44,882 nt of DNA from Pseudomonadota bacterium. Lineage in GTDB: Bacteria; Bdellovibrionota_B; Oligoflexia; Oligoflexales; CAIMVM01. How positions within the stretch are numbered: the stretch's first letter is position 1; each line of letters opens with the position of its first letter. This document shows positions 27,186 to 38,500 of this stretch, piece by piece. The stretch covers positions 1-44,882 of the forward strand of contig JBAXBA010000026.1 in assembly GCA_037142195.1 (NCBI GenBank), written 5' to 3'. The translations under genes were made by a program, and so were the position numbers. The notes under the pieces are model-generated. The model was not told the origin of the DNA. It searched no databases and worked only from the letters and a program-made list of their open reading frames with translations.

Positions 27186-27757
27186 AGCGTCTCCTCAGCA
27201 ACGACAGGTAAAGGAGATGGTACTGCCACGCGGTAACATCCCATTAAGGTGAAAGACTCGGTAAAAAGGCTCGTCATGGCTTCTTCCTGAATCGCAAAGG
27301 GAGGCCCTTTAAAATCCCCATGGAGCTTATGAAAAGTCAGGGAGGAAAAAATACCTCGTGGGGCGAGGGAATCCGTTACTGCTTTGACATAGCTTGGTCG
27401 TAATTCAGGCGAAAGCGCACAAAGCATGGCCCGATCAAAGACTAAGCTATAGGCCCCCTTATGATTCCGGGCGAATTCCTCATTGGTGGAAGCTACAAGC
27501 TCTAGCCCCTTTGTATCTTTCCACAGATCTTTTGCGGTACGTATGGCCTCGTCAGAAAGATCTACCCCAGTAACTTCCAAGCCATGTTTTAAGAATACTG
27601 CTGCATCATGGGCACGCCCACACCCTGGAATCAAGACTTTCGACAATGGGATCCGCCAACCGCCTAAAAGCTGCATCAACCGCTCGGTCTCGGGATGAGC
27701 TCCTTTTAAGTCCCAAGGAGTATCTTGGGCGAGCCATCGTGATTGCCAATTTGTCAT
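27161..27757 (-). CDS. Thiopurine S-methyltransferase-like SAM-dependent methyltransferase
   Basis: W..RW...DTPWD, VLIPGCGRAHD, GVDLS, FDRAMLCAL, GPPF; ATG at 27757 after TAGGAG. Confidence 0.88.
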   Translation of the reverse strand: MTNWQSRWLAQDTPWDLKGAHPETERLMQLLGGWRIPLSKVLIPGCGRAHDAAVFLKHGLEVTGVDLSDEAIRTAKDLWKDTKGLELVASTNEEFARNHKGAYSLVFDRAMLCALSPELRPSYVKAVTDSLAPRGIFSSLTFHKLHGDFKGPPFAIQEEAMTSLFTESFTLMGCYRVAVPSPLPVVAEETLWIWKKAE

Positions 27758-27850
27758 GAAGGATCTCCTACTTTGCAAATTTCCATCGACTCACCCGGCA
27801 GCCTATCTGAACCCATGATTTAAATGGAGCCTATACACATTGTCAATCTT

Positions 27851-27859
27851 TGATATAAT
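27851..27859 (+). promoter_or_regulatory. Extended -10 sigma70 promoter element
   Basis: TGATATAAT 22 bp upstream of the ATG at 27882, with RBS AGGAG between them. Confidence 0.55.
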
Positions 27860-27881
27860 AGAATCTTACTAGGAGCTTTTT

Positions 27882-29090
27882 ATGACTTTTAAAAGATTTG
27901 GTCTTTTAGTTACAATTTTGGTTGCGATCTCCGCATGCTTGACCTGGAACCGCAATGACTCGGATGAAAAAGTACTCGAAAAAAACTTAGTCTATCGTCT
28001 ACCACTGGCAGACAAGCAGTTGATTCTGACGTTTGACGACGGCCCTGGGATCAAAACGGAACAGCTGCTTAAGTTTCTCAAAGAAAAAGGCGTCAAAGCT
28101 ACTTTTTTTGTCACCGGAAATATCGCTAAGAATAACTTAGGCATTCTGGAACACATGTATAAAGATGGTCACATCATAGGCAACCATACCTTTTCCCATC
28201 AACTGCCGATGCCCACAGGACAAAAGCTAGTTAATGAAATTCTCACTGCCCACAAGATCATTAAGCCGTTTAGTCGCTCGGCTGTGTATTTCTTTAGACC
28301 TCCAGGGGGAGCGTGGGATTCTGGCGATGCAGCGGCCACAGCCCTGCCCGACTTAAAAGCCTACATTGGTCCTATTTTTTGGGACGTGGGCGGAGCCCTA
28401 GAAAATGGTCACTCAGCGGATTGGAACTGTTGGACGGCAGGTCTTTCACCTGCGGAATGCTCTGCAGGTTACGTCCGGGAAGTTAAGGAACGCAGAAAGG
28501 GAATCGTCTTATTACATGATGTCCACGAAAAGACAGTCACGATGTTTATCGAGCATCTCTATCCTGCGCTCATAAAAGAAGGCTTTAACTTTGTTGCTCT
28601 AGATGAAAACAAAGGCATTGCGGACCGGGTTAAGAAGTTTGGCGGCCGTCCTTTAGGCGAAGATACCGTGAAAATACCAGGCCCAGCCCATCCTCCGCTA
28701 GAACCAAGCATACCGGTTAAAGAGCCTAAATGTACGGACTCTCCCGACCTAGCGCTCTTTGACAGCAAAGATCAGAAGTTTTCCTTAACTCACGGTACAG
28801 ACGAAGATCCGGATAAATTTCAAGCCGTGGTTTCCAACATTGCTGATACTCCCGCCAAAGATCCTAAATACACCCAAAAATGGTTTGTGAGGCACTCTCC
28901 TTCGGACGCTTCCAACATGAACTTTCTTACCAAAGAAGATGGAAAAGTCCTCCAAGGAATTAGATACAACTTAGTATTTGCCCCTGAAGCCAAGGTCGAG
29001 TTTGAAGTGAAATGGACCTGTGATCGCTGGAAAGGCCAATTTAGTTATAGTGAGACACAAAAAGAAGTTCTTAGCATCACTCCTATCTAG
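27882..29090 (+). CDS. Exported CE4 polysaccharide/peptidoglycan deacetylase with C-terminal extension
   Basis: TFDDGP, NHTFSH, FRPPGG, W and LLHD motifs; N-terminal signal with ISAC; Pro-rich linker followed by an unknown ~120-aa domain. Confidence 0.9.
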   Translation: MTFKRFGLLVTILVAISACLTWNRNDSDEKVLEKNLVYRLPLADKQLILTFDDGPGIKTEQLLKFLKEKGVKATFFVTGNIAKNNLGILEHMYKDGHIIGNHTFSHQLPMPTGQKLVNEILTAHKIIKPFSRSAVYFFRPPGGAWDSGDAAATALPDLKAYIGPIFWDVGGALENGHSADWNCWTAGLSPAECSAGYVREVKERRKGIVLLHDVHEKTVTMFIEHLYPALIKEGFNFVALDENKGIADRVKKFGGRPLGEDTVKIPGPAHPPLEPSIPVKEPKCTDSPDLALFDSKDQKFSLTHGTDEDPDKFQAVVSNIADTPAKDPKYTQKWFVRHSPSDASNMNFLTKEDGKVLQGIRYNLVFAPEAKVEFEVKWTCDRWKGQFSYSETQKEVLSITPI

Positions 29091-29176
29091 GGCAGGGAAA
29101 ATTTCTTCTTATTTTTAAACAGCCACTTAGTGACTGTCCTGTGGTGGGATCAAGATAAAAACATCTAGGATTAACG

Positions 29177-30217
29177 ATGGGCCTCAAAACTTTATTTTTC
29201 ATTTGGTTGGCTTTAACTTCAATGACATCTTGGTGCCATAGCCTCGATGAGTTGTCTCTGACGGTTCGCCAATCAAATGATGGAATCCTACTTAGAGGCA
29301 GTATCGGCCAAGTTTTAGAGCCTTCCTCCCAAAAAGCGTTAGAGATTTTGCGCTCTGAATTTGTCAATCTTGATTTTTTCTTAGACGGAAATATGTGCGA
29401 GCCCCATGAAGATTTCATAGCTGTGGAAATTGAGAAGAGCCTTCAGTCTACAGTAGCGACTCAATCGTTTCGCTGCCCGGGAAACTTCCATGTTTTAAAA
29501 ATAAAGCCCAAGACTACCTTAAAGTGGCGGACAAGCATTGTCCTTGTTTCCGATGGAAACTGGACTTCAGACTTTTTGGAAACCACTTCCCATGAAGTGA
29601 TTCTTAAAACAAAATCTAGCCGATCTAAGACTTTTGTTACTTATTTTAAAGAAGGTTTTTCCCATCTGGCAATGGGATTTGACCACATTCTTTTTCTACT
29701 TATCGTCATGTTTGGCGTTTTTTTGGAGCGCCAGAGTTCTCAGACGTATTCGCCCAAGAAAGCACTTTTAGTTGGGGCTAGAGATCTCACCTTTTTTACT
29801 TTAGGACATGCACTAGCCACCATTGTCAGCACCCTTGCAGATATATCTTTAAATGCTGGTATTGTTGAGCCACTCATAGCTCTCACTATTGCCTTTAGCG
29901 GGATGGCTCTTTCTCATCACTTCCCATGGAAGCGTCGCCATCTTCACTTCCTTGTGGTGCCCTTTGGCTTCATCCATGGTTTAAGCTTTGCATATGCTCT
30001 GACCGATAGAGGCCTCATCCTCAAATCTTCTTGGGAGGAGTTGATTTCTTTTAATGTAGGTCTTGAGTTCTGCCAAATCTTGATTTTTGTGGGCAGTCTT
30101 CTTTTTGTTTTGTCGATGCCTGCCAAGTTTAGCAGGCAATTTACTGAGACCAGGCTTTCTCTCGTCTTTAGCATAGCTGGATTCTTCTTATTCGGCATGT
30201 CACTCCTCAAGCCATAA
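29177..30217 (+). CDS. HupE/UreJ-family membrane protein with N-terminal exported domain
   Basis: GFSHLAMGFDHILF, FTLGHAL, VEPLIALTI, FGFIHGLSFA, SFNVGLE. Confidence 0.85.
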   Translation: MGLKTLFFIWLALTSMTSWCHSLDELSLTVRQSNDGILLRGSIGQVLEPSSQKALEILRSEFVNLDFFLDGNMCEPHEDFIAVEIEKSLQSTVATQSFRCPGNFHVLKIKPKTTLKWRTSIVLVSDGNWTSDFLETTSHEVILKTKSSRSKTFVTYFKEGFSHLAMGFDHILFLLIVMFGVFLERQSSQTYSPKKALLVGARDLTFFTLGHALATIVSTLADISLNAGIVEPLIALTIAFSGMALSHHFPWKRRHLHFLVVPFGFIHGLSFAYALTDRGLILKSSWEELISFNVGLEFCQILIFVGSLLFVLSMPAKFSRQFTETRLSLVFSIAGFFLFGMSLLKP

Positions 30218-30628
30218 GTCCTGTCTATTAAAGAGTTCTATGACGATTCCCTTGAAAAAAACAGGATCCAGCCAAGGAACGCCAGAAATAGCAAAAATCC
30301 TCTCGGGTGATTTTGCCGTGAGAAAATAAATTTCTTAGACAATTACAATTCTATATAAACGCTCGGCGTATGACTTTCAGTCCTTTAATTCCTTATCCCC
30401 TTGAATACCCGGTCATGTGACCGTTAGCCGAGCGGTATTTTGACACTTCTTCCCTAAAGTTCTCGTTTGGCTCATTGCTCGGCTATGTAAGCTGCCAAAA
30501 CTGCACAACTAGCTATTTACATGTGTCGGTTCCAGGAGCCTACTCCGTGCTACCGCATCCTTCAAAATCACCTAAACACTTCTATCGCGGACAGAGACAG
30601 GTTAGATAGTTTAGAAAATGGAAATCCA

Positions 30629-31783
30629 TTATGTGTCAGGAAAATCAGCCCAAAGAGCCGCGAGAAAATCCCCTACTGAATAGATAGTGATTTTATCCGA
30701 AGTCACACGGGAGGTGTCTTCAAGGGATACGATCATTCTCCTTTTAAACTGCGGCTGGTCTTGTGTCAGTTCACGCAGCCCTGCAAGATGTTTCGCGGAA
30801 ATGGTCCGAGACGACTTGATTTCTATGGCCATTCCCAGATCTTCAATGATCAAATCCACTTCGGCGCCCGAAGCAAGCTTCCAATAGGACAAGTTATGTC
30901 CAGCCTTGTGATAGGCGTTCCAAGCTCTTATTTCATTAAGGATTACATTTTCAAACGCTTTTCCAAACTCCGAAGAGCCTGGTTCCAATAGTTTTCTTTT
31001 TGCCAACCAATTGACAACGCCTACATTTGCAAAATAAAACTTGGGAGCATGAATCACTTTACGTTTGGGGCGTTTAGTGTAAGCGGGTAGAAAAAATCCC
31101 TGAAGTGTATCGCTTAAAATTTCATAGTAGTTTTTAACGGTCGGACTCTTTACGCCACAGTCAGAAGCAATGTTCGTATAGTCGATGAGCTCTGTGTCGC
31201 AAATGGCGGCAGCTCTTAGGAAATCTGAAAAAGATGGTAGGCTTCTGATTAGGGCCTCTTCCAAAATTTCCTCTTTAAGATAGTCACTGACATAGCTTTC
31301 AAGTAAATCCCAATAGTCTTCGGAAAAATAGTGGTTGGGAATGTTTCCGGTATTGCAAATTCTTACTAAGTCGAAGGGCTTCGTCAGCTCTTGGCTTACC
31401 AGTCCGAACATCTCAAATCTCAAAGCTCGCCCACCCAAGAGGTTTGCCTTTCCTCTTTTTAGTTTGCGCGCACTGGACCCGCAAAGGCCAAAAATGAACC
31501 CCTTTGATTCTATTAACCGATGGATCTCGTCAAGTAGCTCTGGGACTTTTTGTACTTCATCGATGATAATCAAGGTCTTGGGATCAACCTTCTCGAGTTC
31601 CTCACCGAGAATACTAGGATTTTGTGTATATTTAATGAATTGCTTGCTGCTTAAAAGGTCAATGTAGAGGGCACTGGGAAAGCTATGCTTTAGGAAAAAG
31701 GTCTTCCCAACTTGCCTCGGGCCCCAAAGAAAGAAGGAATTTGATATTGATTTCCGTATGTTAAGTATTCTTTTAAGTTGCAT
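30629..31783 (-). CDS. AAA+ ATPase (AAA_14) with DUF4143 / PD-(D/E)xK-like C-terminus
   Basis: GPRQVGKT, IIDEVQK, GSSARKL, NLLGGRA, HTH-like NIASDCGVKSPTVKNYY, PKFYF, AEVDLI...IEIKS. Confidence 0.92.
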   Translation of the reverse strand: MQLKRILNIRKSISNSFFLWGPRQVGKTFFLKHSFPSALYIDLLSSKQFIKYTQNPSILGEELEKVDPKTLIIIDEVQKVPELLDEIHRLIESKGFIFGLCGSSARKLKRGKANLLGGRALRFEMFGLVSQELTKPFDLVRICNTGNIPNHYFSEDYWDLLESYVSDYLKEEILEEALIRSLPSFSDFLRAAAICDTELIDYTNIASDCGVKSPTVKNYYEILSDTLQGFFLPAYTKRPKRKVIHAPKFYFANVGVVNWLAKRKLLEPGSSEFGKAFENVILNEIRAWNAYHKAGHNLSYWKLASGAEVDLIIEDLGMAIEIKSSRTISAKHLAGLRELTQDQPQFKRRMIVSLEDTSRVTSDKITIYSVGDFLAALWADFPDT

Positions 31784-31841
31784 TTTAAAAAATCGCTTTA
31801 AATTAAGACTCTATTTTAAAATGTAAATTATTTTTTGGCAA
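31778..31841 (-). promoter_or_regulatory. Sigma70 promoter overlapped by a 13-bp inverted repeat (putative operator)
   Basis: Minus strand TTGCCA (31841-31836) -N17- TAAAAT (31818-31813). Inverted repeat ttgcattttaaaa (31778-31790) / ttttaaaatgtaa (31814-31826), 12 of 13 matching. Confidence 0.6.
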
Positions 31842-32535
31842 TCGCTAGTCTTTAGAAGCTTGGACACCTATAATAATCCAATAATATTGGAATGTTAAAC
31901 TTTGGATGAGGTTGAAGAGCCCTCCTGTGAAAAAAGCGAGCTATCCTGCCTACTGCTACGAGAGAAGGTACCACCTGAATTTAAACTTTAGGTATCAGTG
32001 CAAGATCGCAGTCGCGTTGTTGCTGGGCTACTGATTCCTACCTCAATGAAAGCAACACTTGAATTCCCGATTCGGCCTTGAAGCGGGCTACTCCAGAAGA
32101 AATCATAGCTGGTAATTTGATTAAAGAAGAAAAGACCGAACTAAAAGAGAAAATAATAACATCTAGACCATTAAGGATGGAAACCAACAATGCGATTCGT
32201 TGCAATCCTTGCCTTGCCTAAGTTCCCTGAGCTAGGGTGATAGAAGAACCTTTCTTAAAAGTCTTAAAATGTGTTTGCAACCTACGGGAACTGCTCAATC
32301 TACTATTGCTCGCGGAACGAAAAATCGCACATCTATCACACTACTAACGAGTTCTTTGGTTAACCGACATTAAGCAGCATATCTGAGAGTTTTTTTCCAA
32401 AGAATGATTTAATTTTCAATAGGTTGAGTTTTATCAGCATTAATTAGAAAGACGAATCTCTTTTTCGCGGGAATGTGGGCTTTAGGTGTCAACATCCCGC
32501 CTTGGCGGACGGGCGCTACATTTGGCCTTTGCACT

Positions 32536-35500
32536 TTACGGGCACGAATAGTTCGACGAGCACTTGGTGGTGATGGTGCCAGTAGTAAAGGTCCACGACG
32601 TGCTCGGTCCCACATCCATAACACCAGCATTAATAGAGCCACCTTGCACAAACGATGTGCTGTTATTGCTGGTCAAGTCGCCGCTTAACACATAGATACG
32701 CTGTGTTCCGAAATCGAGATTACCACCGCCACGCACTTCAAGGTTATCAAGCACCAGCTGCAGCTTAAATGCATTGCCCGACGACGCCACGCCCGTCATG
32801 TCACCGGTGGAAATGGTGAGAGAGCCTGCGTCGCTCGATAAAATGGGGAATACGGTGTCATCCGACAATTTGTTGGTAGCGTTTTGGCCCGTGTTGGGGT
32901 TCACATACATCCCCACAAGCTGATCGGTAAGCCCGTAAGAATTTGTAAATGCACCACCCGCCGAAAGTGTTGTGGACGTAAGAGTGCCCGAAGTTGCAAC
33001 GCTGGGCGAGGTTAGGCTTGTCCAACCAGCGCCAGTGGTTCCACCGTTATTGATAATGAGATCACCATATGTTTGCGAGTTTTTCTTGAGATAAACGGTT
33101 CCCGGCGCACTGGGTCTTGAGCCACCAGCACCCAAAGCGTAGATGGCGTTATAAACTGTGGGGCCACTGAATGCGCCACTACTTGAACCATAATAAACAG
33201 CAATTCTACCACCACTTCCCGATGCGTAGTTTGCGGTCACGCCGTTAGCAGACATATAACTACTGCCGGCAAGGGTATTTGTGGTCACAAAAATGCTTCC
33301 GCCGGTGCCAGCAGGAACATTGGTGCTAGGTGTTGCCGCATTTGCCATAATGGGGCCATTAAGCGTGAGCGTGCCCGAAGTTGTGATACGCACGGCACCG
33401 CCGCCTTGGCTGTATCCATCGCTACCCGAAGAACCCAAATCAGTAGGGGCATTGAACTTGCCGTACGCAGCGTTGGTTGAGCCGCTCCAAACACCGCCCT
33501 GACCACCGTAGCTGCCGCCGGTATTATTAGCACCGGTAGAATAGTTAATGTTTCCCGGCCCACGTATGAAATTAACGTTCTGACACTGATAACCACGCCC
33601 CGTGACGTTGATGTTCGAAGTTGAATCGACCGAAAGATTGGCAGCCGTTACGTTCAACCGATACTCGGCAGTAGCCGTGGTTGAAAGCGAGGTGAATGAC
33701 GAAGTGTTAGTGAGCGCAATATCGCCGGTCACCGCCAAGTTGGTTGTGAGCCCAGCTGATCCCGCATAATACGTTGCCGCATTCAACGTGAGGTTTACTC
33801 CCACGCTTGCACTATTTGCCACAAACGCGCCATTCTGCATCACAACAGATCCCGTTGTGGTGAGGTTATTGAAGTAAGACGCAGCAATCGCACTCAAGCT
33901 CCCACCATCCAAAGTGCCCGAAGCCAAACCTTGGAATTCGGCATAACCGCTTCCGCCGCCCACAACGCCAGACATGGCAAATGTGTTTGTGGTATCACTT
34001 GATATATCGCCCGACTTCACCAGCATCGGACCGGTAGGCGTTAAAATTCCTTTGCCAGAAACCTGCAAGTTATCGAGCACCAGCATCGCCTGATAGGTGT
34101 TGCCGGCGGTGCCAACAGCAATGTTTGAAGCTGTTAGCGTGTCGGAGGTTTGATCCGTAATCACATAACAGGTGTCGTCGGTGTAGGTGAGTGTACTGTT
34201 TTGTGCTGTGTTGGGATTAAGGCACAGGCCCACCAAGTGCCGCGAGTTAGCAGTATTCTCGACAAATCGTCCATTGTCGGTAAGCGTGTTTGCAGTGAGC
34301 CCGCCAGATGCTCTGGCCGCTGGAATATTAATCACAGTTGTAGACGACGTAGATTGATTATTATTATTGATATACATATCGCCATAGGTTTGCGCTGCCG
34401 ATTTTAAGAAAATGGTACCGGCAGCACCGAAGCCATAGCTGCAACTGGAACAACCACCACCGAAGGCCTGGACTCGAGACAAGATACTAGAAGGATAGGC
34501 AAAGCCACCCGTAGCTGTTGTGTAGTAAACCGCAATACGCCCACCACCACCACCGCCAGCTTGGTACCATACGCCCGTGCCGCCGTTGGTACTGATAGTT
34601 CCGGATCCTGCAATGGTGCCCGCGCGCAACAGGATCGACCCGCCAGCACCACCACCAATATGACTGCCAGATCCACTGTTGCCGTTTGCGTTAATGGTTC
34701 CATCGATGGTTGCCGTGCCCGCCCCCAAATTGATACGCACTATGCCGCCACCAGAACCACCGGCTCCGCCCGTACCATTGCCGCCACTTGCACCCGATGT
34801 ATTCGGATCGGCAAAGCTGCCGTAAGGACCTATTGGGCCCCAGTCGTTGCCGCCGCGCCCACCATGGCTGCCGCCATAGTATGAGCCGTAGTAGTAGGCA
34901 GTGTTGGGGAATGAATACGAGTAATAGGTTGATGCATGGCCCACATATCCGCGCCCTGCAGCCGAAATGCTTCCGCCATTTTCCACCGTGAGCGAAGCCG
35001 CATTAATGTTGAGCGCATATTCCGCCGTTGTAGTTGTGGCCTGTTGCTGTAAGGTGGCAGTTCCTTTAACCGTGAGAGCACCGCCTACTGAAACGCAGCT
35101 GGAAGCTGTTTTTGTGCAGTTCATCACAAAGGTTCCGTTTTGCAATGTGAGCGCGCCCGTTGTTGCAAGGGTGCTTAAAGTTGTTGTTCCACTGCCCCCA
35201 TCGAGCGTAGCTGACACTAGACCTTCGTACTCAACATTGTTGCTCGCAGCCAGCGAGCCCACAACAGATGCGGTGTTGGTTGTGTTGCTAGAGATGTCGC
35301 CATTTTTGACCAACACTGGGCCTTGGGGTGCGAATACGGCTTTGCCGCTAACTTCGAGATTGTCCAAAACCAGCATAGTGGTGTAGGTGTTTCCTGCTGA
35401 ACCAATGTTGATATTGGATGCCGACAAATCATTTGCCGTTTGGTTGGTAATCACAAAACAAGTATCATCGGTGTAGGTTGCCGTACTATTTTGCGCTGTG

Positions 35501-38500
35501 TTGGGATTGAGGCACATGCCCACTAAGTGCTTCGTATTTGCACCAACTTCCAAAAACGCTCCACTTTGCGTGAGTGCTGAGGTCGACAATGACGCAGAAA
35601 CACCTGTTACAGACTTGATGGGAGTTGTGGCCGACGTCGATTGATTATTATTATTGATATACATGTCGCCATAGGTTTGTGCTGCCGATTTTAAGAAAAT
35701 GGTACCGGCAGCACCGAAGCCATAACTGCAACTGGAACAACCACCACCGAAGGCCTGGACTCTTGACAACATGCTTGAAGGATAGGCAAAGCCACCCGTA
35801 GCTGTTGTGTAGTAAACCGCAATACGCCCACCACCACCACCGCCAGCTTGGTACCATACGCCCGTGCCGCCGTTGGTACTGATAGTTCCGGATCCTGCAA
35901 TGGTGCCCGCGCGCAACAGGATCGACCCGCCAGCACCACCACCAATATGACTGCCAGATCCACTGTTGCCGTTTGCGTTAATGGTTCCATCGATGGTTGC
36001 CGTGCCCGCCCCCAAATTGATACGCACTATGCCGCCACCAGAACCACCGGCTCCGCCCGTACCATTGCCGCCACTTGCACCCGATGTATTCGGATCGGCA
36101 AAGCTGCCGTAAGGACCTATTGGGCCCCAGTCGTTGCCGCCGCGCCCACCATGGCTGCCGCCATAGTATGAGCCGTAGTAGTAGGCCGTGTTTGGGAATG
36201 AATACGAGTAAAAAGTTGATGCATGGCCCACATATCCGCGTCCAGCCGCAGTGATACCGCCGCCCGTTTCTACTGTGAGCGAGGCAGCGTTAATTTCAAG
36301 CGCGTATTCTGCTGTAGTTGTTGTGTACTGCTGCGCTATGGTGGCAGTGCTTTTCACCGTAAGGGCGCCTCCAGCGGTAATGCAAGAGGAGTCTTTTAGG
36401 CAAGTCGCGTAGAACGTGCCGTTTTGGAACGTAAGTGCGCCCGTGGTTGTGATGGGATTGAAGTAAGACGGGGTAGAAAGTGCACCACCGTCGAATAGGG
36501 CCGAAGTGAGGCCAGCATACTCTATAGGCGTTCCATACGAGGCTCCGACAAAAGAGGTCACTGTATCGGTGGTATTGCTGGAGATGTCACCCTTCTTAAC
36601 CAAGACGCGTCCTTGGGGCGCAAAAATCGCCTTACCCGCAATTTCAAGATTATCTAAAACCAGCATGGTTGTGTAGGTGTTTCCTGAAGAACCAATGCTA
36701 ATATTCGAAGCAGATAATGTATTTACGGTCTGATCGGTAATTGGGTAGCAAGTATCATCCGCATAGGTTGTGGTGCTGTTTTGCGCCGTGTTGGGGTTGA
36801 GGCACGTGCCAACAAGGTGGCGCGAATTGGCACCATTTTCCTTAAACATTCCACTGTGCGTAAGAGCCGAACTCGAAAGCGCCGTAGAAGCACCCGTTGC
36901 AATATTAATGGGGGTATTGATGTAAGATCCGTATGTCACTTGACCATTATTGTTGATAATCATGTCGCCGTATGTTTGCGCCGCCGATTTTAAGAAGATG
37001 GTGCCAGCAGCGCCGTAACCATTAGAGTTAGCGTACGTTCCACCGAAAGCTTGCAAACGCGAGAGAATACTTGTGGGATAGGAAAAACCTCCCGAGGCAG
37101 TCGTGTAATAAACCGCAACACGGCCGCCACCACCACCCGCCTGCTCTCCGTATACACCATTTGCTCTCAGCGTTCCGCTTCCAGTGACGGTACCCGCACG
37201 CAACAGAATGGAGCCACCAGCACCACCGGTCCGGAATGCATAGGTTCCGTTTGCATCAATAATTCCGTCCAAGGTTGCCGTGCCACTTCCCAAGTTTATG
37301 CGCACAATGCCACCACCCGCTGCGCCACCATAACCGCTAAAGTAAGCTCCACTGCCACCCGATGTGTTAGGGTCGGCAAAACTACCATAAGTACTAGGCC
37401 CTGAGCCCGAACTGCAGCCGCCTTTGCCACCGTGGCTGCCACCATAATATGTTCCCAAGTAGAAGCTGGCATTTGGGAAAGTCGACGAATAACCGTCGGC
37501 AGCCGTAACCCCCGTGCTTGTATAACCGCGCCCGGCGGCCGATATCACCGAGTCGGCTGAAACATTCAGCGAGGCTGCGTTGATTTCGAGAGCGTATTCG
37601 GTGGTTGTGGTTGTGTACTGATGCCCCAGAGTTGCCGAACTCAGTAATGTGAGCGCTCCCCCTGCAGTTACACAAGGCGAATCTTTGAGACACACCATAT
37701 TGAAAAGTCCATTCTGGAAAGTGAGATTGCCAGTTGTGGTGACAGGGTTAAAATAGGACGCAGTTGAAAGCCCTCCACCATCAAAAGTGGCCGAAGCAAG
37801 ACCAACAAACTCGATAGGCGCTCCGTACGAAACTCCAACAAACGATGTCACCGTGTCTGTGGTGCCACTGGAGATATCGCCGTTCTTCACCAACACCGGG
37901 CCTTGGGGTGCAAAAATGGCTTTGCCCGCAATTTGCAAGTTGGCCAAAACAAGCATAGTTGTGTAGGCGTTTCCGGCAGATCCAACACTAATATTGGACG
38001 CGTATAAATTATCGATGGTTTGTTCGGTAATCATAAAGCAGGTGTCGTCGTTATATGTCGCGGTGCTATTTTGCGCCGTGTTTGGGTTTAAACACATGCC
38101 CACCAAGTGGCGCGAATTGGCACCATTTTCCTTAAACATGCCACCGTGCGTAAGCGCCGAACTCGAAAGAGCCGCAGAAGCACCCGTTGCAATATTAATA
38201 GGAGTATTGATGTAAGATCCGTATGTCACTTGACCATTATTGTTGATAATCATGTCGCCGTATGTTTGCGCCGCCGATTTTAAGAAGATGGTGCCAGCAG
38301 CGCCGTAACCATTAGAGTTAGCGTACGTTCCACCGAAAGCTTGCAAACGCGAGAGAATACTTGTGGGATAGGAAAAACCTCCCGAGGCAGTCGTGTAATA
38401 AACCGCAACACGGCCGCCACCGCCACCCGCCTGCTCTCCGTAGGCGCCGTTTGCTCTCAGCGTGCCGCTTCCTGTGATAGTGCCCGCACGCAACAGAATG

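Noticed and set aside
30361..30387. Sigma28-like TAAA-N16-GCCGAGC on the minus strand
   Set aside because: Spacing is off by one and it points antisense into the HupE/UreJ gene with no downstream ORF.
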